Shown here piece by piece: positions 39,907 to 52,092 of a stretch of DNA of 64,000 nt. Both the position numbers and the translations under genes were made by a program. Below the pieces are notes generated by a model. It ran no database searches, was not told the DNA's origin, and saw nothing but the letters and a program-made list of their open reading frames with translations. Every line of letters begins with the position of its first letter. Within the stretch, counting starts at the first letter, position 1. Source of the DNA: Candidatus Poribacteria bacterium (GTDB lineage Bacteria > Poribacteria > WGA-4E > WGA-3G); the NCBI GenBank assembly GCA_965197475.1, contig CBDANF010000003.1, positions 3,712,001-3,776,000 of the forward strand, written 5' to 3'.

Positions 39907-42876
39907 ATGAAAAAGAAGGATGCTGAGATGATTCAGCGTACATTAGACGGTGACCAATCGGCATTCACCGCTTTAGTAGAAAAATACCAAAAGGGTGTGC
40001 ACGCACTCGCATGGCAGAAAATTGGCGATTTCCATATTGCCCAGGAGATTACACAAGACGCTTTTCTCCGAGCATACCAGAAACTCGGGACATTGAAGAA
40101 CCATAACCTGTTTTCTGGATGGCTCTATGTTATTGCCACACGCTTGTGTTGTGAATGGCTCCGTAAGAAACGTCTACCCATGCAATCCTTAGAAACCGTT
40201 GATAACAATGAGGTGGACCAAGTGGCATATACACAATACATGGAAGAACAGCGAGAGGCAGATGCCGACGAAAATCGGCGTGAACTGGTTAGAGATTTGC
40301 TCAAAAAATTACCAGAGAGTGAACGCACAGTGATGACACTTCACTATCTTGGTGAAATGACGTGTGAATCGATTGGCGAATTCCTTGGTGTATCTTCAAA
40401 TACCATTAGGAGTCGTCTGAGTCGCGCACGTAATAGATTAAAGAAGGAGGAAAATATGATAAAAGAAAACCTTAGCAGTTTCCAACTCCCGACACAAATG
40501 ACAGAAAACATTATGAAGGAAATTTCACGATTTAATCCAGTAGCACCTTCAGGTAGTAAACCGTTGGTACCATTGGCTGTTTCTGCTGTCTCTGCTGTTT
40601 TTGTTTTATTACTGATGGGAATTGGGGCACAAAACCTATACCGCTTTCAGAAACCGTATAGCTTAAACGCACAATCAGAACCGATGATTGAAATATCAGA
40701 AGCACAACTTGTCATTGATTCTCCAGCAAGACCTGCTGTTAGAAATCATGTCGGACATTCGGATATAACAGGTAAGAGCAACGGTGAAGGTCAGAAACCC
40801 GATGATCCGCTATTCGCTGCAGCAAATGCAGATGGAACTGAAGTATCAAAGTCGAAATCACAGTGGGTACAAACAAAAGGACCAGAAGGCGGTGCAGTAT
40901 CCACCCTCTTCAAAACAACGCGTGGGAACATATACGCCGGTGCCGAGCACGGTCTCTACAGACTCACAGATGATGGACAGGCGTGGAAATTTATTAGCAA
41001 AATCAAGGGACCTTCACGCTCTACAAAAGCAACAAGAAGGATGTGGTGGCCCGTCGTAGAACGTCAGGATATTCTCTACCTTGCGACCAATAAAGAGATA
41101 TTAGCTTCTTCAGATAGAGGCGAAAATTGGGAAACACTCTGTAAGTGTCCAGAAGGTCAACTTGTCGGCATGGTGATAACTGATGGGAACCAAGGCTCGC
41201 GAAGCAACATAGTTGTTTATTTAGCTTATACTAACGGAATATATCGCACGGTTGATTTTGGTAAATCATGGATTCCGCTCTCAGGGAGGGTAACAGACAG
41301 GAAAATTCGCGCAATAGCTGCCATTGAAAATACTGTCTTTGCTGGTACCGATAAGGGGCTTTTTCGTTTCAATAATGAAATATGGGAACATTTACCCATC
41401 AGTCAAGAGGATAGATCTGGCAAAACAACTGATTCAATTTTTGCATTAACAACCTCAGACAATAGGTTATACGTCTCAGCAAAGAAGAAGAATGCAGCAA
41501 TAAATCGTAACCAGACACATCAACAAATTGAAATAAAGACATCATCAGGCGACCTTGATCGGATAGAAGTAACTGATAATACGGGCGATTCTCAACTACC
41601 TAATGATTTTGCTATTTATCGTTCAATTGACCTCGGCGAGTCGTGGGATTCTATTACTCCGAAATTAGATGGTGACTTGAAAAAAGATAGTTATACGGTT
41701 GATGTTCCATCTTTATTGACCAACAAGGATGGCATCATAAACCCATTACTATTAAATATAACAGAGATCACTGCATCCGGGAAAAAGGTAATAGTGATGA
41801 CGAGTAAAGCAGAATATTATTCAGGTGATGCAGGTGAAAATTGGACACGCATAGAACATCCTGACAATGTAGCGTATGCTTCAGATACAGCACTGTTGAA
41901 TGGGAACACTTTCTATAGAGGCGGAACACAAGGAATTCAGCGTTCTACTGATGCGGGCAAATCATGGCATCAATTTAATACCGGACTTGTGAATACAAAT
42001 GTCAAACATTTAAATGTTATAAACGGGGTACTCTTTGCTAACACAGAAACAGGGTTTGTCAATTCTACTGATAGAGGTGAATCGTGGACTCCAGTTCTCG
42101 GACATATAGGCCACCTCACACATATTGTAGAATTCGACGATGAACTCTATGTAAGAGCTTATGCAAAAGGAACATCCAGATACTTGCGATTATCTTCTGA
42201 AGACAATAGTCTCAAAAGTATATCTGAAATACCCAGTTTAAAATTTATGAAAGATAACAAGTCGATTGAAATTGTGATAGACGAAAATAGAATTCGCATG
42301 AAACCATCTCTCGGAAGTTTTGCTGTTACAGACACTGCTTACTACGTGAAATATAATGACAAACTTTTCAGATGGAGTATTGGCACTCTGAATTGGTACG
42401 ACATTGGAGTAACGGATATGGATAAATTTGCCGTTTCAGGTGAAACTGTTTACGTTGGTAAGCAGAATGGACATCTGCTGCAATCGTTTGATGAGGGAAA
42501 CACTTGGAACGATATGAGTACTGTCATTGCAAATTTACCGTTTACTGTTGAAAGTTTCAATACAATTACGTTTGCTGGTGAAACTGTCTATGTAGCAACC
42601 GACAAAGGTGTTATTCGTTCAAGTTATGGTACTGATTGGCACATTCTCACCGACGTAGAGGGAACACCTCTCGTCGTAGACAGGTTTGCAGTGGATGGTA
42701 CAACGGTATTCGGTCATGCTGGGCAAAAGGTGTATCAGGTTAAAGAAGATTCGGATACATGGGAGCAGATCAAGCGAGAAATCCCATATCCTGTTAACTG
42801 TTTTGATGTGGATGGGAATATGCTTTATGTTGGAACAAGCGGACGAGGTGTGCTCAGCTTCACGCTTGACGAGTAG
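39907..42876 (+). CDS. ECF sigma factor fused to TM helix and extracytoplasmic BNR/beta-propeller domain (paralog 1)
   Basis: Sigma2 (AQEITQDAF, FSGWLYVIA), sigma4 (LPESER..IGEFLGVSSNTIRSRLSRAR), TM segment, SxDxGxxW repeats. Confidence 0.9.
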   Translation: MKKKDAEMIQRTLDGDQSAFTALVEKYQKGVHALAWQKIGDFHIAQEITQDAFLRAYQKLGTLKNHNLFSGWLYVIATRLCCEWLRKKRLPMQSLETVDNNEVDQVAYTQYMEEQREADADENRRELVRDLLKKLPESERTVMTLHYLGEMTCESIGEFLGVSSNTIRSRLSRARNRLKKEENMIKENLSSFQLPTQMTENIMKEISRFNPVAPSGSKPLVPLAVSAVSAVFVLLLMGIGAQNLYRFQKPYSLNAQSEPMIEISEAQLVIDSPARPAVRNHVGHSDITGKSNGEGQKPDDPLFAAANADGTEVSKSKSQWVQTKGPEGGAVSTLFKTTRGNIYAGAEHGLYRLTDDGQAWKFISKIKGPSRSTKATRRMWWPVVERQDILYLATNKEILASSDRGENWETLCKCPEGQLVGMVITDGNQGSRSNIVVYLAYTNGIYRTVDFGKSWIPLSGRVTDRKIRAIAAIENTVFAGTDKGLFRFNNEIWEHLPISQEDRSGKTTDSIFALTTSDNRLYVSAKKKNAAINRNQTHQQIEIKTSSGDLDRIEVTDNTGDSQLPNDFAIYRSIDLGESWDSITPKLDGDLKKDSYTVDVPSLLTNKDGIINPLLLNITEITASGKKVIVMTSKAEYYSGDAGENWTRIEHPDNVAYASDTALLNGNTFYRGGTQGIQRSTDAGKSWHQFNTGLVNTNVKHLNVINGVLFANTETGFVNSTDRGESWTPVLGHIGHLTHIVEFDDELYVRAYAKGTSRYLRLSSEDNSLKSISEIPSLKFMKDNKSIEIVIDENRIRMKPSLGSFAVTDTAYYVKYNDKLFRWSIGTLNWYDIGVTDMDKFAVSGETVYVGKQNGHLLQSFDEGNTWNDMSTVIANLPFTVESFNTITFAGETVYVATDKGVIRSSYGTDWHILTDVEGTPLVVDRFAVDGTTVFGHAGQKVYQVKEDSDTWEQIKREIPYPVNCFDVDGNMLYVGTSGRGVLSFTLDE

Positions 42877-42911
42877 TTTTACCTAATCACCTAACCTTCT
42901 TTATTTGAAAG

Positions 42912-43370
42912 AAAAAACAGTTTGTTTTACTTTTCCGGACAATAGGTAGGAGTGCTTACTGACAAGTACACCTCATAAGTTAGGTAGAACTCGTGAAACC
43001 TAACAAATTCGGTAATCCACATAAAGTTGTCGCTGAAAATGAATTGAAACCTTAATTCACAAAATCTATTTTGCAGGTATATATTAAATTCACAGATGAC
43101 TGTGTAGTTTTTATATATAACGTGAGTCGTGAGTTCGGTATAAGCAATTTTTTGTAGAGCAAACTTTTAGTTTGCGTTCCACGGGCGCATAAACTAAAAG
43201 TTTGTGCTACAACACACTCGGTAAATCTGGTTTCCTAAACACACCGAATCAAAGTGTCCAAGTAATTCTAAAATTCACTATATTAGCGAAATGCATCATT
43301 TGCAATTTCCGTTCTTAAGTAATACGCAATTAACGCGATTTGTAGCGCGAGGTCTCCGTGCCTCGCAATG
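42912..43370. repeat. Decayed repeat/REP cluster; 42912-43005 is a degenerate direct copy of 44651-44761
   Basis: AAAAAACAGTTT.TT.TACTTTTCC.GACA...GTAGAACTCG.GAAACC.AACA in both; IS982-type end at 43120; REPs near 43154 and 43342. Confidence 0.6.
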
Positions 43371-43648
43371 CTAACCGCTATTAGAAAACTTCTAATCCCG
43401 TTAATTTGGTATAAGTTGTTGATAGTCTAACAAAATAGAAACTAAATAGGAAAGAATATCCATTTTAATACCCAATCATTATACAATTTTGTAATACAGA
43501 AAAGGGACTCTCTTTTCTGCTTTGGTCTCTAAAATATAATAAATTCCCAAACATAGTATAATTTTACTATAGTACGAACAATTTTATTCTGTCAGGACTT
43601 CCGTTCTGATCAGGTAAAGAAAGTTAAATACAAATTGGAGGATAAACA

Positions 43649-44563
43649 ATGTTGAATTATTTTCGGTCAATTTCCGCTTTACTGCTTATATTTTGTTTAG
43701 GTGTAACGCTACTCGCTAACGAACAAGCAACCTACTATTTTCCGGATAAACTCGGTAGTTCTTGGGTTTATGTAGATCAAGATGGAAATGAACTCACTCG
43801 GTACGCTATTGAGGAAAAAGATGTTGAAGGTGAGACATTTCGTGCCTTTAGTTATGAACCCGCAATTGAAGATTGGGAAAATTATGATTGGATTATACAT
43901 CCCTTCCTATATCAAGTCAATGAAAATTGGATTTCATTTTATGCCGGTAGTGATATAGAAGATGTGATCAAATCGCGCATGAGTGAAAATATGCAGGAAA
44001 CACAGGAGCAATTACAGGAGCAGTTGAACCAACAAGAGATTGTCGATCAACTCCCACCTGGAGTCACCATTGATTTGGATTATACCGTTGATCCCACAGC
44101 ACAAGATCATTTCTATCTTTTGCTAACACCTGCTACTTTTAATGAAGAATGGATTGCTATGGAATATCAATATAAATTGGATATGTCTCTTAGTATTCAG
44201 GTTGATCTGCACACAACCGAAGATCACCCTATCAATTCATCCTCGGTTAAAGTTGTACAAACCGGAAAAGTTATTGGAACAGAAACCGTTGAAACTGAAG
44301 CAGGAACTTTTAAAGACTGCTTAAAAATTGAGTATCGTACTGTTGAAACTACTACAAGCACAAAACTTCCTGCAGAGCAATCTCAACCTCTTCTTGAACA
44401 AGAAGCCAACGAAGAACAAGAAGTTGACGAATCAATTAAAACATTGTGGCTAGCCCCAAACGTGGGAATCGTCAAATTCAAGAATGAAGATGAGGATATA
44501 GCTCTTGAATTAAAAAGTTATGAAATCAAATCTGATAACTCGGAAAACGAGGAGAACAAATAA
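43649..44563 (+). CDS. Secreted hypothetical protein
   Basis: GGAGG RBS; signal peptide; YFP..LGSSWVY and VETEAGTFKDCLKIEY...WLAPNVGIVK. Confidence 0.8.
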   Translation: MLNYFRSISALLLIFCLGVTLLANEQATYYFPDKLGSSWVYVDQDGNELTRYAIEEKDVEGETFRAFSYEPAIEDWENYDWIIHPFLYQVNENWISFYAGSDIEDVIKSRMSENMQETQEQLQEQLNQQEIVDQLPPGVTIDLDYTVDPTAQDHFYLLLTPATFNEEWIAMEYQYKLDMSLSIQVDLHTTEDHPINSSSVKVVQTGKVIGTETVETEAGTFKDCLKIEYRTVETTTSTKLPAEQSQPLLEQEANEEQEVDESIKTLWLAPNVGIVKFKNEDEDIALELKSYEIKSDNSENEENK

Positions 44564-44627
44564 TCCATAAGACTTGCTTGAACTCACTTACCTCGGATCA
44601 ATGATCCTTGAAGTAGAAATTCACAAT

Positions 44628-44718
44628 GTAGAATAAACTGTGTCTTTTCTAAAAAAACAGTTTATTCTACTTTTCCAGACAGTAGATAGGCGCGCTTACA
44701 AAGCGCGCCTATCTACTG
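44628..44718. terminator. Two long perfect hairpins downstream of the secreted gene
   Basis: GTAGAATAAACTGT/ACAGTTTATTCTAC (14 bp) and CAGTAGATAGGCGCGCTT/AAGCGCGCCTATCTACTG (18 bp). Confidence 0.55.
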
Positions 44719-44953
44719 CAAGTATACCCCATAGATTAAGTAGAACTCGCGAAACCCAACACGACACTTTTCAGTCATTTTGACAAAATACTACACACCA
44801 TCCTGATTTACTATAGTTGGCAATTGTCTAACTTTGTGCTATACTCCTTAAAGCAATACTCTCCAATAAAGCGATTTCTTCATAATCTTTTTACCGAAGC
44901 AAACTGCACCAAATTAGTTTGCCGCTCTCAATCACGTACTTTTTTCTCAAAAA

Positions 44954-44981
44954 TGCAACCTTCAAATGCCAAATAGCATCT
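44954..44981 (+). promoter_or_regulatory. ECF-type promoter
   Basis: TGCAAC-16-GCATCT; an additional TTGGCA-17-TATACT lies at 44817-44845. Confidence 0.65.
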
Positions 44982-45018
44982 TTAACTTAAAAGATTAGTT
45001 TTGTTTGTGAGGTGTTCC

Positions 45019-47861
45019 ATGAAACATGATGATGCTGAGTTGATTGAACGCACACTTGAAGGTGATTCCCAAGCCTTTGCTGCACTTGTAGAAAAATACC
45101 AAGAGCAGATACACGCGCTGGCGTGGCAGAAAATTGGTGATTTTCACATCGCGCAAGAGATAACACAAGATGCCTTCATCACAGCGTATCAAAAACTTTC
45201 AACCCTCACACATCACAACCGCTTTGCGGGATGGCTATATGTCATTACCAGTAACAAGTGTAATATGTGGCACCGAAAGAAAAAACCGCAACTTCAATCT
45301 CTGGAGGAAACAGACCCTATGGAGTTAGAAGAGGTGTATTATTCAGATTATGTGTCTCGGCAACGTGAAGAAGCAGCGAATAAAAATCAGCGAGCGATTG
45401 TTCGGAAGTTGCTCAATAAACTCCGAGAAAGTGAACGGACAGTCGTAACGATGCATTACCTTGCAGGCTTAACATGTGAAGAGATTGGTAGGTTTTTGGG
45501 TGTGTCGCCGAACACGGTTAAAAGTCGGCTGCATCGCGCCCGAGAGAGGTTAAAGAAGGAGGAAGCAGTGATTCAAGAAAATCTTAGCAGTTTCCAACTG
45601 CCAGCACAAATGACAGAAAACATCATGAAGGAAATTTCACGTCTTAATCCAATAGCACCTTCAGGAAATAAACCTTTAGTACCGTTAGCAATATCCGCTG
45701 CATCAGCAATAATAGTTTTTTTGCTGATAGGCTTTGGGGCGCAAAATCTAATTCGGTTTCAAAAGCCTTATAGTATAAAGGCAACATCAAAACCAACGAT
45801 TGAAATCGTTGACACACAAATAGTCTTGGAATCCTCTGCCAAACCTTCAATAAACAATCAAGTTGGACGTTCGGATGTTCTCAGTAACAATGATGGAACG
45901 GGACAGGAACCGGATACATCACTATTTACTGGAGCACAGACGGATGATACTGAAAGAACTAATTTCAAAGGTAAATGGAAACAGACGAATGGACCTTACG
46001 GTGGCAAGATAACAACGCTTTATGAAACCACTAATGGCGTGCTCTTCGCGGGGACAGAGAACGCAGGTATTTTTCGCTCCACTGATAATGGAAACAACTG
46101 GACACCAGTTAATACTGGATTAAACAATGAAGGGCGATTTATGGATGTTACTGCATTCGCGGAAAAGGGGAATAAGATCTATGCAGGCAGGTGGGAGGCA
46201 TTATACGTTTCTACTGATATTGGCAACACCTGGCAACCTGTATCTGCTATCCAACGCCCTGGGGAAATCAGTGGTATTGTGATCCTTGATGACCATATCT
46301 ACGTTAGTACACATTTCAAAGGTGTTTGGCAGTCTAAAGATGGTAATTCATGGGCACAAATCAATGACGGACTTGGAACGACGACGTTTCATGGGATGCT
46401 CTTAGAGAATGACCTGCTAACAGTGATGGAGGTTTTTAGACTCTCAAGTCATGGGACAATGCTGGTTGCTACTACAAGAAAAGGACTCTTTCGTAGAACA
46501 GGGAATGAAGACTCGTGGACACTTACCAATCCAGTTGACGTTGAGCATTCAGATGGGGTTGAGTCGGAAAACAATTCGCAAGATAAACCAGGATTAAATT
46601 CTTCACCTAAGCAACATTCTTCATCTGATTTACATGTTGAGTCGTTCGCTTCAATGAAACATTTACTTTTTTTGAGTGGATATATGGGGAAAAAATCTGG
46701 GATCTTCCGGTCAAATGACGTAGGCGACTCATGGACGCTCATCACCCCAGAAAAAGTAAAAGAAGAAAGTGATGACGTTCAGACAATTGCCGTGCAAGGT
46801 GGGAGGCTATACGCTGGCACTTCTGACGGTTTGATCTATCTTTCGGAGGATATGGGTGATTCATGGATATCAATCAATGATGGGGTAATGCATGGTGATG
46901 TATTATCATTGTTACCAATCAATGATAATACTGTCTTCATAGGCACATCTAAAAATGGAGTCTTTCGCACAACAGACGCAGGGGATTCTTGGGTAGAATG
47001 TAACACTGGCATAATAAATACATCTGTCAGAAAATTAGAGGTCATTGGTGATAAACTATACACCGTTGTTGGTAGAAAAATTGTCTATTCTGCCGACGGT
47101 GGAGATACATGGTTGCCTATAAACGATCCTTCAAAGCAGAGCAAATGTGGTGTTCTAACCATTTGTGTATCAGATGGAGAGCTCTACATCGGTGCTTACT
47201 TTGGTGATGATAAATATATTCCATCTCATCTTGGTGGTGAGGGTGATAGTGTTTACAGGTTGAATAGAAAAAATAAAACTTTGGTTGAACTTTTCACAGA
47301 TATGGAATTGTAAGTATGGATGTAGTTGGCAATACATTTTATATGGGCACATGGGACAGTGGAGTCTTCCAGTGGGATCAGAAAACGGGTCTTACCAAAC
47401 TTGGTTTGGTACATCACAACATCTGGCTAATATCTGCAAATAGTGAGAATGTGATTGCGGTTACTGGAGATAGTGAAATCTACCGTTTTAAAGAGAACCG
47501 TTGGGAGCCTATTCACTCAACGGATATGATTGATGGCGGTTTGTCTGATCTCAAATGGGTTGGTTCAACGTTATATGTAACCATTTGGAACAAGGGGGTA
47601 TTTCGTTCCAGGGATGGAGGCGATACTTGGGCACCCATCAACGATGGTCTGGATGAGATATCTGCTACATCAATTGGAACAGATGGTACTGAGGTGTATG
47701 TCAGTACATCTACAGGTATTTTCCAATGGATAGAAGAGAAACAACATTGGAAGTCGATTGGTTCTCTTACACAACAGGTTTCATCTTTAGCAGTAGTTGA
47801 CGGTTTTCTTTACGCTGGTACTGTCAATAGCGGAGTGTATAAAATTCGGATTGAGCAATAA
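45019..47861 (+). pseudogene. ECF sigma-TM-beta-propeller paralog 2, frameshifted near 47300
   Basis: ORFs 45019-47313 and 47316-47861 are one propeller; the second frame reads GIVSMDVVGNTFY across the break. Confidence 0.8.
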
Positions 47862-48181
47862 ACTGCTTATAGTTGATTTACAGTTTACATTATTCTTTTC
47901 GGCGCGCTTACATGAAGATTAAGAAAACAAATCGGTCCTTTGGCGAGGTTAGGAAACCTCGCCAGCAAGGGTAAACCTGCCTCGTGTGGACAGAAAAGGA
48001 CCGAATTTTAAAATTAATCTTCATCAAGCGCGCCTACCAGTAAATTATAATGCGCGCCTATTAGTAGGTTTTATAACACTCCTATTAGTAGGGTGCTTTT
48101 TTATAATTCTCCACAAATCCCTTCTCACATTTGAAAAAAATTATCGTTCTTCCCTCCAAATTTGCATTTTTTTCCAAAATA

Positions 48182-48209
48182 TGCAATTCTATACCACAAA
48201 ATCGCGTCT
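48182..48209 (+). promoter_or_regulatory. ECF-type promoter
   Basis: TGCAAT-16-GCGTCT. Confidence 0.7.
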
Positions 48210-48247
48210 ATATATTATGAAAGATCAATTTGCTATTGAGGTATCAG

Positions 48248-51223
48248 ATGACATACGATGATTCTGATCTGATTCAACAAACATTAGAAGGTGATCAGCA
48301 AGCGTTTGCTGCACTTGTGGAAAAATACCAAAAACAGATACACGCGTTGGCGTGGCAGAAAATTGGTGATTTCCACATTGCGCAAGAGATTACGCAGGAT
48401 GCGTTCTTTACAGCATTCCAAAAACTTTCGACGCTCACAGACCATAATCGTTTTGCGGGGTGGCTATACGTGATTGCAAACCGCAAATGTATTGCGTGGC
48501 ACAGAAAGAAATCACCACAACCACAATCGTTAGAAGCGACAGACACAGTTGAATTAGAGGAGGTGTACTATTCAGAATATATGACCCAACAACGCGAAGA
48601 AGCAGCAAATCAAAAAAGACGTGCAATAGTCCAGAAATTGCTAAGTAAGCTACAAGAAAGCGAGCGAACAGTAGTCAATCTGTATTACATCGCAGAGATG
48701 ACATGTGAAGACATCGGCAAGTTTTTGGGTGTATCTCCGAACACGGTTCGCAGTAGACTTCACCGTGCAAGGAATAAAATGAAAAAGGATGAAACAATGA
48801 TTAAAGAAAACCTTAGCAGTTTCCAACTGCCGACACAATTAACGGAAAATATTATGAAAGAGATTTCACGCCTCAATCCAATAGTACCTTCTGGAAGCAA
48901 ACCTCTGGTGCCGTTAGCCATATCTGCTGCCTCAGCCATTTTAGTTGTCCTATTGATGGGAATTGGTGCGCAACATCTATATCGTTTTCAGAAACCGTAT
49001 CGTTTTGATGCGCAATCAGAACCGACAATTGAAATAACAGAAACGCAACTTGTCATTGACACGCCAGCAAAACCTGCTGTTCGGACCGCAATTGGTCGTT
49101 CAAATGTTTCAGGTAAGAACAACGGTACGGGACAGAAATCAGATGCCTCTCTGTTCGCTGCAGCACAAGCTCAAGAGTCAGAGATTCTAAAGTCCAAACA
49201 GAAATGGATTCAGGCAAAGGGACTGGAAGGGGGTGCAGTCACTTATCTCTTTGCAACAACTCGCGGTGACATGTACGCAGGCACACTCAGTGGTCTCTAT
49301 AGGCTTACAGATGATGGAAGTGCGTGGAAACTCATCAACACCCGTAATATACTTTCACCCAGCGCAGAAATTGAGGGAGAGGGTTGGGGACAAATGGTAG
49401 AGAGTGGTGATACCCTCTACTTTGCCACGAAAACAGAAGTGTTAGCGTCTACAGATAGAGGTGAAAAATGGAGGACGCTCGGCAAGCATCCGGGAGGTGT
49501 GCCTATTGGCATGGTAATAACGGATCACACATTTTATCTCGGTCACCGTGAAGGGGTATTCCGTTCCAAGGATGGTGGCACATCATGGATGCCGTGGACA
49601 CATTTAATCAATGAGCAAACAGGCAACAAAATTCGCGCAATTGCCGCTATTAAAAGTACTCTCTTTGCAGGAACCGATAAAGGTCTTTATCGTCTCAATG
49701 ACGATATCTGGGAAAAAATATCCATCGGCCAGGGGAATGCACAGGAAAAAGAAATTGGCATTCATGATTTGGCAGTTGTAGGAAATCAACTCTTTGTTGT
49801 AGTCTTACCGATAAAACTAAGAGGGACCTATGCAGTTAAGTTGCCCTTAGGAGATAAAAAATCAGTTAGTAATTTCGGTTGGAAGCTTTATCATTCAATT
49901 GATAGCGGTGATTCATGGAATTTGATTGCACACAAAGACAAAATTATCAATATGAGAAAGTCTTATTTTCCATTACAAGTATTAGGACCCAGGATGCACC
50001 AATTTCCGTTTACAGGGATGGGACCCAACTTGAATGTAAAGATAGCCGCAGTAAAAGGTAGAATCGTAGTAATAGATAGCGATTACCAGTCCTACTCAAT
50101 TGATGGAGAAGGAAATTGGGTATTAGATGATACTTCAAATAACGGCAGTATACACAACATAACTCCAGTCCCTGTGATGTTAAACCCAAATACCATATAT
50201 ACTTCCAACGCATACGGCATTTATCGTAGTACGGATGGTGGCAAGTCATGGCAACAATTTAATTCAGGGTTAACAGGAACCTCCATCTTGACTTTAGTTG
50301 CTGTTAATGATGCCCTTTATGCGATTACACCTGAAGGACTTGTCACCTCAACTGATGGAGGTGAATTGTGGACAAATGTTTTCCTCGTAGGGGGAGATTT
50401 TACTATGAGTCTGAAGATTTTCCACGAGTCAGTCTATGTAAGAACTGATAGAATGTTAGCGCAAGCAAGTACCATTGTCAAAAATGTGCAAGTTCCCGAG
50501 ATGAAAATAGGGGATATGAAAATTAATCGTTTATCAACAAAAAACGGTAAGAAAACCTTCATTCGTGAAACCCCCACTTTTGAACAAAGTAACCTACCTG
50601 CTATTGGAACGGTACCCGGAAACTTTGCCGTTAGTGGTACAACCTATTATGCAGAATACACCAAAAAACTCTTCAGATGGAAACCTGGTGCTACTGAATG
50701 GTACGACACAGGATTAATAGATAAAGGTGAACCGCCTCCTTTTGACGAATTCGCTGACATCCTTGATTATACCGGTTTCAAACTTGCTGTTTCGGGTGAG
50801 ACGGTTTACGTCGGCAAAAGAGATGGACACCTCATGCAATCTTTTGATGAAGGAGATACTTGGAACGATGTCACAGCAAATTTACCACTTTCTGTTGACC
50901 ATTTTAACTCAATAGCCTTCGTGGGACAAACTATCTATGTGGCAACCGACAAAGGTGTCGTGTCGTCAAGAAACGGCACTGATTGGCATATTATAACTGA
51001 TGGAAAAGAAAAACACCTTGTCGTTGATAGATTTGCAGTAGATGGCACAACGGTATATGGTCAAGTTGGGCAAAAAGTATACCAATTAAAAAAGAATTCA
51101 GACGTATGGGAACAGATTACACCAGAAATTCCATACCCTGTTTCTTGTTTTGATGTTGATCGGAAGACACTCTATGTTGGAACGTTCGGTAGTGGTGTGC
51201 TTCGTTTCATGCTTGATGAATAA
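48248..51223 (+). CDS. ECF sigma-TM-beta-propeller paralog 3
   Basis: GAGGT RBS before ATG 48248; same architecture as paralog 1. Confidence 0.9.
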   Translation: MTYDDSDLIQQTLEGDQQAFAALVEKYQKQIHALAWQKIGDFHIAQEITQDAFFTAFQKLSTLTDHNRFAGWLYVIANRKCIAWHRKKSPQPQSLEATDTVELEEVYYSEYMTQQREEAANQKRRAIVQKLLSKLQESERTVVNLYYIAEMTCEDIGKFLGVSPNTVRSRLHRARNKMKKDETMIKENLSSFQLPTQLTENIMKEISRLNPIVPSGSKPLVPLAISAASAILVVLLMGIGAQHLYRFQKPYRFDAQSEPTIEITETQLVIDTPAKPAVRTAIGRSNVSGKNNGTGQKSDASLFAAAQAQESEILKSKQKWIQAKGLEGGAVTYLFATTRGDMYAGTLSGLYRLTDDGSAWKLINTRNILSPSAEIEGEGWGQMVESGDTLYFATKTEVLASTDRGEKWRTLGKHPGGVPIGMVITDHTFYLGHREGVFRSKDGGTSWMPWTHLINEQTGNKIRAIAAIKSTLFAGTDKGLYRLNDDIWEKISIGQGNAQEKEIGIHDLAVVGNQLFVVVLPIKLRGTYAVKLPLGDKKSVSNFGWKLYHSIDSGDSWNLIAHKDKIINMRKSYFPLQVLGPRMHQFPFTGMGPNLNVKIAAVKGRIVVIDSDYQSYSIDGEGNWVLDDTSNNGSIHNITPVPVMLNPNTIYTSNAYGIYRSTDGGKSWQQFNSGLTGTSILTLVAVNDALYAITPEGLVTSTDGGELWTNVFLVGGDFTMSLKIFHESVYVRTDRMLAQASTIVKNVQVPEMKIGDMKINRLSTKNGKKTFIRETPTFEQSNLPAIGTVPGNFAVSGTTYYAEYTKKLFRWKPGATEWYDTGLIDKGEPPPFDEFADILDYTGFKLAVSGETVYVGKRDGHLMQSFDEGDTWNDVTANLPLSVDHFNSIAFVGQTIYVATDKGVVSSRNGTDWHIITDGKEKHLVVDRFAVDGTTVYGQVGQKVYQLKKNSDVWEQITPEIPYPVSCFDVDRKTLYVGTFGSGVLRFMLDE

Positions 51224-51242
51224 TTTTAAGGAGTTAAAACAC

Positions 51243-51950
51243 ATGAAAACCTTATACTCAATATCCGCAACTATAGTTATTCTTGCTATTGGGTTTACCG
51301 CCTACATGTGGTACGATACAAACAAGTTTGTTGAAAGTCTCCCACAAGTAAAAGAGGTCGGTTCAGAGGGCGAGAAACCTATAGACACGAATTCTGGGGT
51401 GCCGCTGCAAACAGTAGGTGAGCAGGACACCTCCGAAAAAACCGAATCGGGACACGGAACCCATCACCACCATGATATGGGGGAAGAGGCACCCAATTCG
51501 CTAGAAGTAACCAAACTGGAAGATGACATGAATCATTCCCATGCACTTAAGCATTCGGATACTTCACAAAAAGTTTCCGAAGAACACAAAAGTACCGTCC
51601 GCTTTTTCGATATGACGACAAACCAACAAATAGCGAAACTGAGAACGTGGCTTGTTAAGAATCATGACAATCCTGCTGAAATCGACGAATTTTTGCAATT
51701 GGAGAGAAAGACTATAGAGAATCGCGTTTCTCTTTCAAATGGATATTCCGTACTGAACATGCACATAGATGATCAGATAAGACATGCGGAACTTCAAGTG
51801 AAACTTTATCCACATCTCGGAAACGAGGGTCATCTTCAACATTTACTCAAAACAAAGACAGAAATAGAGTCTGGGAAATTAATCCCCATAAACGAGTTTC
51901 CCAGAGAAATGTGGGAACAAATCACCCTTAACATAGATCCAATTGAGTAG
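51243..51950 (+). CDS. Membrane-anchored hypothetical protein with His-rich segment
   Basis: AAGGAG RBS; N-terminal TM; GHGTHHHHD. Confidence 0.7.
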   Translation: MKTLYSISATIVILAIGFTAYMWYDTNKFVESLPQVKEVGSEGEKPIDTNSGVPLQTVGEQDTSEKTESGHGTHHHHDMGEEAPNSLEVTKLEDDMNHSHALKHSDTSQKVSEEHKSTVRFFDMTTNQQIAKLRTWLVKNHDNPAEIDEFLQLERKTIENRVSLSNGYSVLNMHIDDQIRHAELQVKLYPHLGNEGHLQHLLKTKTEIESGKLIPINEFPREMWEQITLNIDPIE

Positions 51951-51954
51951 TTTT

Positions 51955-52092
51955 ATGTCGGCTTTCTATCAGAAAATTCTAAGTTGTTTACTGTTTTTCT
52001 GCTTCCTGTTTTTCGCCTTCTGGATCCGCATCCAAGGCGTAGAACGTATCATCCCATGTCAGTTTACCGAAAATGCTGCCTATTTCTACTAA
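51955..52092 (+). pseudogene. Possible N-terminal remnant of an STT3/GT-C-like membrane glycosyltransferase
   Basis: TM helix followed by FWIRIQGVER...FTENAAYFY-stop, resembling the STT3 R...E.D.YF pattern. Confidence 0.35.
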
